A DNA stretch of 35,677 nucleotides from the IMG/VR virus record IMGVR_UViG_3300022178_000152, positions 1-35,677 of that record; one strand, given 5' to 3'. Position numbers and translations under genes: made by a program. Positions 35,629 to 35,677 of this stretch are shown here, piece by piece. Positions within the stretch are counted from its first letter, which is position 1. Each line of letters opens with the position of its first letter. Under the pieces are notes generated by a model. That model did not search any database and was not told the DNA's origin. It saw only the letters and a program-made list of their open reading frames with translations. This stretch comes from a virus (lineage: Duplodnaviria > Caudoviricetes).

Positions 35629-35677
35629 TACCTTTGCCCTTGTTTATAAAGAGTTTTATTTTTAAGAGGTAGGGGGG

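Noticed and set aside
1-35677. tRNA genes, introns/inteins, diversity-generating retroelement, integrase, phage RNA polymerase
   Set aside because: No supporting motifs seen; replication genes are uninterrupted and of normal length. Not verified computationally.
35660-35677. Terminal G-run as a physical genome end or terminal repeat
   Set aside because: Inward-facing early genes are suggestive, but no matching repeat is present in the window and the edge may be arbitrary.

Overview
This window is most of a tailed dsDNA phage genome (podovirus-like; a Gram-negative, possibly marine alphaproteobacterial, host is my inference) arranged as two convergent arms. The + arm (1-18316) holds a five-gene module of exported proteins with fimbrial-subunit-like and chaperone-like members, an EF-hand membrane protein, a 3-TM holin, a GH108 endolysin, a tail tube/nozzle-like protein and internal (ejection) virion proteins, including a lytic transglycosylase and a 2427-aa polyvalent-type protein. 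The - arm (35513 down to 18313) holds small early genes, a MoxR-like AAA+/DUF3150-like/metallopeptidase-vWA module, an Nmad5-like gene and a replication block (family A polymerase with Leu762, Cas4-like nuclease, VRR-NUC, SNF2-like helicase, SSB-like, HTH, primase-DUF927 helicase). Terminase, portal, capsid and integrase were not recognised and may lie outside the window. The strongest features outside the ORF track are a complete type II hammerhead ribozyme with a pseudoknot (33096-33160, - strand), an origin-like AT-rich region with a perfect 26-bp inverted repeat, a structured early leader with a boxA-like element, and three small genes. Protein family calls come from motif recognition by eye; no database searches were run.
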